Below the pieces are notes generated by a model. It saw only the letters and a program-made list of their open reading frames with translations, did not search any database and had not been told where the DNA came from. Positions 37,741 to 46,183 of a stretch of 64,000 nucleotides of DNA are shown one piece after another. The stretch lies in assembly GCA_028408365.1 (NCBI GenBank), contig JAOOLD010000001.1:64450-128449 (forward strand), in the 5' to 3' direction. A program made the translations under genes and the position numbers. Source of the DNA: Bacteroidota bacterium. Lineage in GTDB: Bacteria; Bacteroidota; Bacteroidia; Flavobacteriales; BACL11. Position 1 is the stretch's first letter, and each line of letters begins with the position of its first letter.

Positions 37741-38508
37741 ATGAAATGGTTTGTTCTTTTAATAACATGTGCATTAATAACCTCATGCTCGACTAAAAAT
37801 CAGTTGATATATCTAAAAGATTCAAAAAAAGAAGAAGCAAATTCATGGGCTAAATACTCTGAAATAGATAATTTAATTCAAAAAGGAGATATTTTAAAGA
37901 TTGATATTCACACTGCTATTTCTGAAGCCTCAGTAGCTTACAATAGAAATAATCCCAAAAGTGTTTCAAACAACATAGATTTGTTAATGTTAGATGGGTA
38001 TTTAGTAGATGAAAATATGACAATAAACTTTCCTATACTAGGAAAAATCAGCGTAGAAAAACTAAATGAAACTAAACTTGAGGAAAAGATAAAATCACTT
38101 TTGATAAAAGGAAATCATCTTACAAAGCCAACTGTAAAAATAACTAGACTAAATAATAAATTTACTGTTTTGGGAGAGGTGAAAAATCCAGGCACATTTT
38201 CGTACATTAATAAAGAGTTGAATATTCTACAGGCACTTGGATATGCGGGTGATATTACTATTGATGGTAAAAGAAAAGATGTAACATTAATTAGAGAAAA
38301 AAATGGCAAAAGAAAAATCTTTAATATTGAACTAACAAAATCTGATTTTTTAGAAAGCCCTGTATATAAAATAAGAAATAATGATGTCATAATTATAAAC
38401 CCAAATTTTAGTAAAGTTAAAAGTGCTGGATTTATTGGCAGTCCTACTTCTATCGCTTCAATTGCATCTATTCTACTTAGCATCACGTTATTAATTACAA
38501 ATAATTAA
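37741..38508 (+). CDS. wza: Polysaccharide export outer-membrane lipoprotein (Wza family)
   Basis: 255 aa with the lipobox LITSCS, a Poly_export motif (GDILKIDI ... TVLGEVKNPG) and a SLBB-like segment. Confidence 0.85.
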   Translation: MKWFVLLITCALITSCSTKNQLIYLKDSKKEEANSWAKYSEIDNLIQKGDILKIDIHTAISEASVAYNRNNPKSVSNNIDLLMLDGYLVDENMTINFPILGKISVEKLNETKLEEKIKSLLIKGNHLTKPTVKITRLNNKFTVLGEVKNPGTFSYINKELNILQALGYAGDITIDGKRKDVTLIREKNGKRKIFNIELTKSDFLESPVYKIRNNDVIIINPNFSKVKSAGFIGSPTSIASIASILLSITLLITNN

Positions 38509-38510
38509 AC

Positions 38511-40874
38511 ATGAACAGCCAACAAGAAAATTTTGATTTGAATCAAAGTACAGATGATGGTTTAGATTTGAAAAAGTCGTTTTTCAAATACTTCTATTAT
38601 TGGAAGTTTTTTGTTGTAAGTTGTTTACTTACGATGATTGCTGCATATTCATATTTAAGATACACTCCTAATGTTTACAGCGTATCTGCTAAAATTAAGA
38701 TTATTGATGAAAAAGATTACTCACTTGAACTTCCTTCAGCTTCCAATTTATTAAATAAATCTAAAATCAATTTAGAAAACAGTGTTGAAATTTTATCATC
38801 ATATCCAATACTAAGCCAAGTAGTTAAAAATAAAAATCTAAATATCTCTGTTTATGAAGCAGGTAATGTAATCAAATCATTGACAGTAAATTACCCATTT
38901 GAAATAATACCAACTTTACCTATTGATAGTTTATTATACTACAAATTCAAAATTGATATCACTGAGCAAGGATTTGAGATTATTGACTTTCAAAAAGATG
39001 AAAAAAAATATAATTTTAACGGAATCTCAACAAAAAAATATAAACATAACCTTCCTTTTGAAATCGTAAATTTTAATAAAGAGCTTTACGTTGCTGATAA
39101 AGGATATTACTTTAGCTTTCTTCCTACTTATGATGTGGTACAATCATTGAAAAAATCAATTCAAGTTTCTCAAGTTGGTAATGAAAGTGATATTATTCAA
39201 TTAGAATTAAAATCAACAAGTTCAGAATATTCAAAGATTGTTATAAATGAAGTCATAAAAGTTTTTAATAATGACGGAATAAGTGACCGTCGTTTAGTAC
39301 ATAAAAGAACTATAGATTTTGTTAATGAGAGATACGCATTTCTTTCTTTAGAGCTAGACTCGATTGAAGTGTCAAAACAGCAGTATAAAGTTAACAATGA
39401 TTTGGTTGATTTTGAAATTAACTCTAATATTTCATTAGAAAAAAGTTCTGCATCTAAGGATAATATATTTTCAACTGAGAACCAAATTTTTCTTACCAAT
39501 CTATTAATTAATACTCTAGGTGACAGTCAACTTAAATTACTGCCGTCCAATTTAGGTATTGAAAACAGTGAGATAAATCTACTAATATCAAATTATAATC
39601 AATTTATTCTAGATAGAAAAAAGTTAGTTATTAGTGCTGGATCAAATAATCCTTCCTTAGCATATATTGATGATTTAATTTATGAAGGGAAAAAGAATAT
39701 AATTTTTTCTTTACAAAACCATCTTTCACAACTTAAAAATTTAAAGAATAAACTAAACTTTAAAGTTGAAGAGTATGATAGTCAAGTATCAAATTTACCT
39801 AAAAAAGAAAAAATACTTAGAGCTATAGAGCGTAATCAGCAAATTAAAGAAGCTCTTTATTTATTTCTACTACAAAAAAGAGAAGAGGCAGAAGTTAGTT
39901 ATGCTGTAACTGAGCCTAGCATTAAGGTTGTAGAGTATGCAATGATAGATAGTTCTCCAGTATCCCCAAGAAGAAATACAATTTATATTGTTGCGTTTAT
40001 TATGGGGCTTCTGACACCTTTTTTTACAATTTATTTCTCATTTCTATTGAACAGAAAAATATTTTCTAAAAATCAATTTCAAGAGCTTGGGATTCCTATT
40101 CCCTTAATTGGAGAAGTTCCTGAGATCACAGATCAGCCAAATAAAATAATTTTGTCGTCCGAAGAAAGATCACCACTTGCAGAGTCATTTAGAGTATTGT
40201 GCTCTAATTTGAAGTTTTTTACTAAAAAAACTAATGATTGTCAAGTTATAATGGTAACCTCAACAATTAAAGGTGAAGGTAAAACATTTTGTGCCACAAA
40301 TATTGCATTTACTAAAGCTTCACTTGGTAAAAAAGTTCTTCTCATTGGGGCTGATTTGCATAACCCTCAGATTCATTCTTATCTTGATTTAGAAAAAAAT
40401 ATTAATGGACTAGTTAATTATTTAGTTGATGACAGTTTTGATTGGAAGAAGTCATTATTGAGACCTAATTCATCTTTAAATTGTGACGTTATGCTATGCG
40501 GGCAAATTCCTCCTAATCCTGCACAGCTGCTAAATAATAGTAGTTTTAAAAAATTAATTGATGAGGCAAAAAACTCTTATGACTTTATAGTTATAGATAC
40601 ACCACCTTGCTTATTGGTTTCAGACACATTAAGTATTAGTTATTTATCTGATTTGCTTTTATTTGTTGTACGCTGTAATCATACGAAAATTGAAGTCCTT
40701 GATTTCTTAAAGGACATTCATAAAAAAGGAGTTATTAAAGATAATTCTATGATAATTCTTAATGGAATAGGTGCTAACAATAAATATGGTTACGGTTACG
40801 CTTACAATTATAACTATAGTTATAAATATGGATATAATTATGGATATGGGTATGAATACAACTCTTCAGAATGA
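38511..40874 (+). CDS. wzc: Polysaccharide co-polymerase / tyrosine autokinase (Wzc, PCP-2a)
   Basis: 787 aa with a Wzz-like N-terminal domain carrying two TM helices. It has the Walker A motif TSTIKGEGKT and VIDTPP (Walker B-like). The C-terminal Tyr cluster is YGYGYAYNYNYSYKYGYNYGYGYEY. Confidence 0.88.
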   Translation: MNSQQENFDLNQSTDDGLDLKKSFFKYFYYWKFFVVSCLLTMIAAYSYLRYTPNVYSVSAKIKIIDEKDYSLELPSASNLLNKSKINLENSVEILSSYPILSQVVKNKNLNISVYEAGNVIKSLTVNYPFEIIPTLPIDSLLYYKFKIDITEQGFEIIDFQKDEKKYNFNGISTKKYKHNLPFEIVNFNKELYVADKGYYFSFLPTYDVVQSLKKSIQVSQVGNESDIIQLELKSTSSEYSKIVINEVIKVFNNDGISDRRLVHKRTIDFVNERYAFLSLELDSIEVSKQQYKVNNDLVDFEINSNISLEKSSASKDNIFSTENQIFLTNLLINTLGDSQLKLLPSNLGIENSEINLLISNYNQFILDRKKLVISAGSNNPSLAYIDDLIYEGKKNIIFSLQNHLSQLKNLKNKLNFKVEEYDSQVSNLPKKEKILRAIERNQQIKEALYLFLLQKREEAEVSYAVTEPSIKVVEYAMIDSSPVSPRRNTIYIVAFIMGLLTPFFTIYFSFLLNRKIFSKNQFQELGIPIPLIGEVPEITDQPNKIILSSEERSPLAESFRVLCSNLKFFTKKTNDCQVIMVTSTIKGEGKTFCATNIAFTKASLGKKVLLIGADLHNPQIHSYLDLEKNINGLVNYLVDDSFDWKKSLLRPNSSLNCDVMLCGQIPPNPAQLLNNSSFKKLIDEAKNSYDFIVIDTPPCLLVSDTLSISYLSDLLLFVVRCNHTKIEVLDFLKDIHKKGVIKDNSMIILNGIGANNKYGYGYAYNYNYSYKYGYNYGYGYEYNSSE

Positions 40875-40987
40875 TTTTATGTGTGAATTTGCTTAGTTTA
40901 ATAGCTTTTTTACTTTACTAAATTGACTAAGAATTTCAATCAACAACAAAATTATAATGAAACCCCCAACAAGAACTTGAGTACATG

Positions 40988-41061
40988 TGACCTAGAGAGG
41001 ATTCGAACCCCTAACCATCAGAGCCGAAATCTGACATTCTATCCAGTTGAACTACTAGGCC
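40988..41061 (-). tRNA. tRNA-Arg (anticodon UCG)
   Basis: I folded the reverse complement by hand: GGCCTAG-TA-GTTC-AACTGGATA-GAAT-G-TCAGA-TTTCGGC-TCTGA-TGGTT-AGGGG-TTCGAAT-CCTCT-CTAGGTC-A. This gives a 7-bp acceptor stem, U33, anticodon TCG and a GTTCGAATC T-loop. CCA is not encoded. Confidence 0.9.
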
Positions 41062-41066
41062 TACCA

Positions 41067-41074
41067 CAAATTTA
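41067..41074 (-). promoter_or_regulatory. -7 promoter box TAAATTTG (minus strand), 5 nt upstream of the tRNA-Arg 5' end
   Basis: The reverse complement of 41062-41074 reads TAAATTTG-TGGTA, followed directly by G1 of the tRNA at 41061. Confidence 0.5.
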
Positions 41075-41114
41075 AATCATTAAATCATATTTGTAAATAA
41101 TCTTCGTTTATATT

Positions 41115-41122
41115 TAAATTTG
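41115..41122 (+). promoter_or_regulatory. -7 promoter box TAAATTTG, 4 nt upstream of GTG 41127 (PorZ-like gene)
   Basis: Exact consensus match. The spacer is TGTT, followed by GTG. Confidence 0.4.
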
Positions 41123-41126
41123 TGTT

Positions 41127-43382
41127 GTGAGAATTCTTCTTGTCTTATTTTTTATCGTTAATCAAAGTTTTTCTAACGAGATTGGAATTTGGAAAGATTA
41201 CTATTCTTACAGTGGTGCAAAAAAAGTTTTTTATACAAACTATCAAACCTACTGTGTTACTAATAATGGGTTGTTTAGCTATAACAAAAACAATGAACTA
41301 TTTCTTTACAATAAATTAAACTTTACAAGTGATTATGGAATTAACAATTTAGCTTTTGGCTCAAATAAAATTATTATTTCGTATGAAAATTCAAATATTG
41401 ATATAATTGAGGATAATTTAACAACAAGTATCAGGGATATAAAAAATTTAGAGATTGCTGGCAAAAGAATAAATAACTTAACTGTGATAGACAATGAGTT
41501 ATTCGTTTCTACATCTTATGGTATCTCTAAAGTAAACTTAGTTAAAAAAGAAATTAGTGATACATATTATCTTTATAAAAATGGAGAATCTATTGAAATC
41601 AATGATTTTAAGAAAATTGACAATTATTATTTAGCAGCTACAAACACTGGTGTGTTTAAAGCTGAACAGAATTCATTGTTGAACGACCCAAATAATTGGA
41701 GCCTGATTGATACTAACTCAAATGTTATTAAAATAATTAATGGTTCAAGAATTATTTTCTTATATGAAAATGAATCTGAAACTAATTACAAAGTTTCACA
41801 AGACTTATCAAATATAAGTTCTAATTTGATTAGCTCTAATAATCTTAATGATATAACATACAGTGATAATAAGTTTTTATTTGTCTATGACAATTCAGTT
41901 GTAACTAGCGTTAATGGTATTGACACGATTGATATTTATAATGAAAACTCGCGACTCGTAAAATTTAAAAGCGCATGCTACGACAATCAAAACAATATTT
42001 GGATAGCTGATAGTATAAATGGATTAGTTAAAATAACTAATGGTAGTATAGAATCTTCTATCCTTCCAAATGGTCCAGCATCGAATATTATATTTGATTT
42101 AAACTTTGCAAATTCAAAATTGTATATTTCTCACGGTGGACACTCTAATTATAATGTGAACAATTTAAATTATCAAGGTGTTTCTTTACTTGAAAATAAT
42201 TCATGGACAGAATATTCATCCCAATTTCTTGGAAACAGTAGAGATATTGTCTCTAGTGTAACTAATGGTGATTATGAATATTTTACTTCTTGGTATGACG
42301 GAATATCAGAAATATTAAACGGAAATCTTTCAAACAAATTTGGATACAACAATACTAATGGTATACTTGATACAACGTACTACTCTAATAACAGAATCCA
42401 AATTTCGGACTTAAAATTTGATAATAATGGAAATTTATGGGGGCTAAATTCACAAGTTCAAAAACCATTATTTGTTAAAACACCTCAAAATGAATGGTAT
42501 TCATATACATTAAATTTAGCTATTGAGGGTTTATATTTTGATGAAATTTTAATAGATGACTCAAACCAAAAGTGGGGAATAATTGCAAAGGGAAGTGGAA
42601 AAGGGTTATTTGTTTATAGCGATAACAATACAATAGATAATCAGTATGATGACGATTACAAGTTAATCACCACAAATTTAGGTCAGGGAGCACTTCCAAA
42701 TAACAACGTTAACTGCATAACTAATGACAGAAATGGGGAAATTTGGGTGGGCACCTATGAAGGGATTTGTGTTTTTAATAATCCTTCACTAGTTTTTAGT
42801 GGGTATAATTTTGATGCACAACAAATATTAATCACAGAGGGAGAATATGGACAATATCTTCTGAGTACTGAGTCTGTGAAATGTATTGCTGTTGACGGAG
42901 GTAATAGAAAATGGATTGGAACGCTGGGTGCTGGATTATATTTGTTATCATCTGATGGAACAGAAGAAATTCATCATTTCACAAGTGAAAACTCTCCTCT
43001 TCCTTCAAATAACATAATTGATATTGCTGTTAATTCGAAAAATGGGGAAGTATTTATTGGCACAGACAAAGGATTAATGTCATATACTAGCGACGCAACT
43101 GTCGGAGAGAGCTCTCAAAGCAATTTAAAAATCTTTCCAAATCCAGTTAGACAAAGCTACAGTGGCCTGATCACAATAGACAAGATTTACACTGATGCCA
43201 ATATTAAAATCACTGACATGAACTTTAATTTGATTTATGAAGGCTTTGCAAATGGTGGTAGAGCCACTTGGAATGGTAGAGATATTGACGGAAATAAAGT
43301 GCCAACTGGGGTATATTTGATTTTTACTTCAGACGATATGGGAGATGAAAAGATTTCTGGAAAAATATTAATTATTAAGTAG
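41127..43382 (+). CDS. PorZ-like beta-propeller protein with T9SS C-terminal sorting domain
   Basis: 751 aa with a GTG start and signal peptide (RILLVLFFIVNQSFS). It has repeated two-component-regulator-propeller-like blades (NNV/I..I..D..G.IW.GT..G). The C-terminal domain is KIFPNPV...VPTGVYLIF...GKILIIK. PorZ-like proteins often sit next to recO in flavobacterial genomes; that is from my recollection. Confidence 0.6.
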   Translation: MRILLVLFFIVNQSFSNEIGIWKDYYSYSGAKKVFYTNYQTYCVTNNGLFSYNKNNELFLYNKLNFTSDYGINNLAFGSNKIIISYENSNIDIIEDNLTTSIRDIKNLEIAGKRINNLTVIDNELFVSTSYGISKVNLVKKEISDTYYLYKNGESIEINDFKKIDNYYLAATNTGVFKAEQNSLLNDPNNWSLIDTNSNVIKIINGSRIIFLYENESETNYKVSQDLSNISSNLISSNNLNDITYSDNKFLFVYDNSVVTSVNGIDTIDIYNENSRLVKFKSACYDNQNNIWIADSINGLVKITNGSIESSILPNGPASNIIFDLNFANSKLYISHGGHSNYNVNNLNYQGVSLLENNSWTEYSSQFLGNSRDIVSSVTNGDYEYFTSWYDGISEILNGNLSNKFGYNNTNGILDTTYYSNNRIQISDLKFDNNGNLWGLNSQVQKPLFVKTPQNEWYSYTLNLAIEGLYFDEILIDDSNQKWGIIAKGSGKGLFVYSDNNTIDNQYDDDYKLITTNLGQGALPNNNVNCITNDRNGEIWVGTYEGICVFNNPSLVFSGYNFDAQQILITEGEYGQYLLSTESVKCIAVDGGNRKWIGTLGAGLYLLSSDGTEEIHHFTSENSPLPSNNIIDIAVNSKNGEVFIGTDKGLMSYTSDATVGESSQSNLKIFPNPVRQSYSGLITIDKIYTDANIKITDMNFNLIYEGFANGGRATWNGRDIDGNKVPTGVYLIFTSDDMGDEKISGKILIIK

Positions 43383-44075
43383 ATGTCTTACATCTGTAAA
43401 GCCATCTCGTTGGGATATAAAAAAATTAATTCAAGCACAGTAATTTGCAGTCTGATTACTGAAAAGTTTGGTCTAGTATCTTATTTAATTAAAGGATTTC
43501 AATCAAAAAAAAGTAAAACCAAAATAAATACTCTAGAACCCATGGGGTTAATTCAAATTAAATCAGCTCAATCTAAAAATAGAAATTTACAAAGGTTAGA
43601 TGAAATACGGCTTTTAGTTCCTCCAACAAATTTTATTTCGGCCAAACTTTTGAAACTGTTTTATGCAGAGTTTCTTAAAAAAGTTATTAGTGAATCAACT
43701 GAAGATATTAGCTTGTTTAACTTCTTATGGAAAATCATTTTTGATTTAAATAGTGATAAGAGAATCAATAAGTCAGATCATTTATTGTTCATAATTAAAT
43801 TAACTAATTATTTAGGCTTTTACCCAAATGTTATGAATATAAAAAACAGTTATTTTAACTTAGAAAATGGTGATTTTGAAAATATTAAATCTGAAAACAC
43901 TATTACAAAAAAAGAGTCAGATATTTTTAAATCAATACTAAATGACAAGTGTGATGATTTTAATAAAAATGACAGGGAAGTAGGTCTTGATATTTTAGTT
44001 AAATACTATAACTATCATAATCATGAAATTAAAAATTTAAAATCAAAAAAAATAATTGAATCATTAAATGAATAA
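43383..44075 (+). CDS. recO: DNA repair protein RecO
   Basis: 230 aa with an N-terminal OB-fold-like segment (AISLGYKKINSSTVICSLITEKFGLVSYLIKG). Size and architecture fit RecO, but the sequence is divergent. Confidence 0.75.
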   Translation: MSYICKAISLGYKKINSSTVICSLITEKFGLVSYLIKGFQSKKSKTKINTLEPMGLIQIKSAQSKNRNLQRLDEIRLLVPPTNFISAKLLKLFYAEFLKKVISESTEDISLFNFLWKIIFDLNSDKRINKSDHLLFIIKLTNYLGFYPNVMNIKNSYFNLENGDFENIKSENTITKKESDIFKSILNDKCDDFNKNDREVGLDILVKYYNYHNHEIKNLKSKKIIESLNE

Positions 44076-46182
44076 GATAAAATTAATATTTGGTTTTTTT
44101 CTTTTAGCTCACTCACATGGTGTTTTAAGTCAAATTATCTTCAACAATTATGAGCTAGATTCAGTTACGATAATTTCTCCAAAATTTGAATTTAATAACA
44201 AAGAGTTTCAAAAAATAAAAAAAAAGGAATTAGAACTTGCTCCAGTAAAAAATATTGATGATGTTCTACTCTCAAAGTTAAATGTGAGTATACAAAAAAG
44301 TCAATCAGGCTCGGGAAGCCCAAATGTTAGAGGTATGGAGGCTAGCAGACTACAATTAATATTCAACGGAATTTCTTTAAACAATTGTATTACAAGAAGT
44401 GGGCACTCTCAGAACTTAAAATATATAGATTATTTTAATATTAATGATATCTATACATCATCATCTAATAGTGTAAGTTTTGGTTCTGGAATTATGAACA
44501 GTGCTATATATATTAATAGTGCTCCAATAAGAAAAAGTGATTCACTTAATTCAAGTTTTTTTCAAGAATTCTCTTCAGCACTTAATAGTGCAAAAATGAA
44601 TCTTAGTTCTGCTTATAGAATTGGTAAAGTTAATGCCTTTACATCTATATCAATTAACGATTACGGTCTTATAAAAGCAGGTAAAAATAGGGCACACGGA
44701 TATGATGATTGGGGGGGCTTACCTCACATGTTTGAAAACAAAAGGCAAAAATATACTCAAAATCATTCTGTTTATTTAACACAAAGGATTAGTAAAAATA
44801 TCTCTGATTTTTCTATTGCGAATATAAACTTGTACAGCTCTCATTTTAGTAAGCTAAATAGAATCGATAAATTAAATGACCTAAAGGACGGAGTGCCAAA
44901 GTTCGAAAAGTGGTATTATGGCCCTCAAAATTATTTTTTATCTAAACTGTCTTTATTAAATTACAAGAGTTATATGTTAAGTGACAAGTTTCAAATAACA
45001 GCTGCTTATCAAAATCTAAACGAATCTCGTCACAAAAAAAAATATACAGATTACTTTCAAAGTAACAGGTATGAAGATTTAGATGTTATTGATTCAAAAA
45101 TGGATTTTAAAAAAAATTTTACAAAAAGCACTTTAAATTACGGTATCAGTAACAGAGTAGAGATTTTAAATTCAAAAGCGAACCTTTCAGATAGTATTTG
45201 CAATACTTTTTATAATTCTACAAGGTACCCAGATGGTGGTAGTTATGTGGTTGATAACAATATATATGCCCAAATCCAATATGAGATAAATGATTTATTT
45301 TCTTTAACTCTAAGTGGCGGACTAAACGATTATTTTATTAGCTCTAAGTTTAGTGATACTAGCACAATTAATCTTGGCTATAAAAAATTAGAACTCAACA
45401 ACTTATCAATAATAAAAAACTTTTCACTAAACTACGCCAAATCCAATTTGGTAATAAACTTTAAGTTATTTGATGGATTTAGAAATCCAAATGTTGATGA
45501 TATGACTAAAATTTTCTCAAAAGATGATAAAAATGTTGTTATCCCAAATAACAATTTAAGTTCTGAGAAAGTAAGTAATTATGAAATTGCAACAACTTAT
45601 AAAACAAATAAATTTGAACTTTCATTTAATAGTTATTTAAGCTTAATAAATAATGCTATTTCGAGAGAATTTTCACAAATAAATAATCAAGACTCGATAT
45701 TATACGATGGTGAAGTTATGAGAGTTCAAATGAATAAGAATATTTATAAAATTACAATTTATGGATTTGAAGCTTTCATAAAAAGTTTGTTTGCTAATAA
45801 TTACACAATGGATAGCAAGTTAATATATACAGCTGGACAAAAATCCAATAATGACCCATTAGCGCATATTGCCCCCATTCAAATAAAGAATAACTTTAAA
45901 AAGAAAATTGGTAATTCATATATTGTGCTGTCACACACATACAATGGTAAGAAAGACCGTGAAGATTTTGACTTAAGTGGTATTGATAATTTAGATGAAG
46001 CTACAATTGACGGAATTCCCTCCGTTAACTTTTTTGATATTTCATATTTTAATCAGATAAACAAAAATATAATTATTAATTTTTCCATAGAAAACATCTT
46101 TGATATACACCATAAATTTTTCTCCTCAGCAATTGTTAGCAGTGGAAGAAATTATGTCATATCTTTGCAAAAAAAGTTTTAA
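44068..46182 (+). CDS. TonB-dependent receptor
   Basis: 704 aa with a signal peptide, plug-domain motifs (GSGSPNVRGMEASRLQLIFNGISLNN), GFRNPNVDD and a beta-barrel ending in a terminal Phe. Confidence 0.85.
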   Translation: MNKIKLIFGFFLLAHSHGVLSQIIFNNYELDSVTIISPKFEFNNKEFQKIKKKELELAPVKNIDDVLLSKLNVSIQKSQSGSGSPNVRGMEASRLQLIFNGISLNNCITRSGHSQNLKYIDYFNINDIYTSSSNSVSFGSGIMNSAIYINSAPIRKSDSLNSSFFQEFSSALNSAKMNLSSAYRIGKVNAFTSISINDYGLIKAGKNRAHGYDDWGGLPHMFENKRQKYTQNHSVYLTQRISKNISDFSIANINLYSSHFSKLNRIDKLNDLKDGVPKFEKWYYGPQNYFLSKLSLLNYKSYMLSDKFQITAAYQNLNESRHKKKYTDYFQSNRYEDLDVIDSKMDFKKNFTKSTLNYGISNRVEILNSKANLSDSICNTFYNSTRYPDGGSYVVDNNIYAQIQYEINDLFSLTLSGGLNDYFISSKFSDTSTINLGYKKLELNNLSIIKNFSLNYAKSNLVINFKLFDGFRNPNVDDMTKIFSKDDKNVVIPNNNLSSEKVSNYEIATTYKTNKFELSFNSYLSLINNAISREFSQINNQDSILYDGEVMRVQMNKNIYKITIYGFEAFIKSLFANNYTMDSKLIYTAGQKSNNDPLAHIAPIQIKNNFKKKIGNSYIVLSHTYNGKKDREDFDLSGIDNLDEATIDGIPSVNFFDISYFNQINKNIIINFSIENIFDIHHKFFSSAIVSSGRNYVISLQKKF

Positions 46183-46183
46183 T

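Noticed and set aside
10433-41061. The glycan locus as a tRNA-bounded genomic island, since tRNA-Arg lies right after wzc.
   Set aside because: There is no integrase, transposase, direct repeat of the tRNA 3' end, or other mobility gene in the window. Adjacency alone is not evidence.
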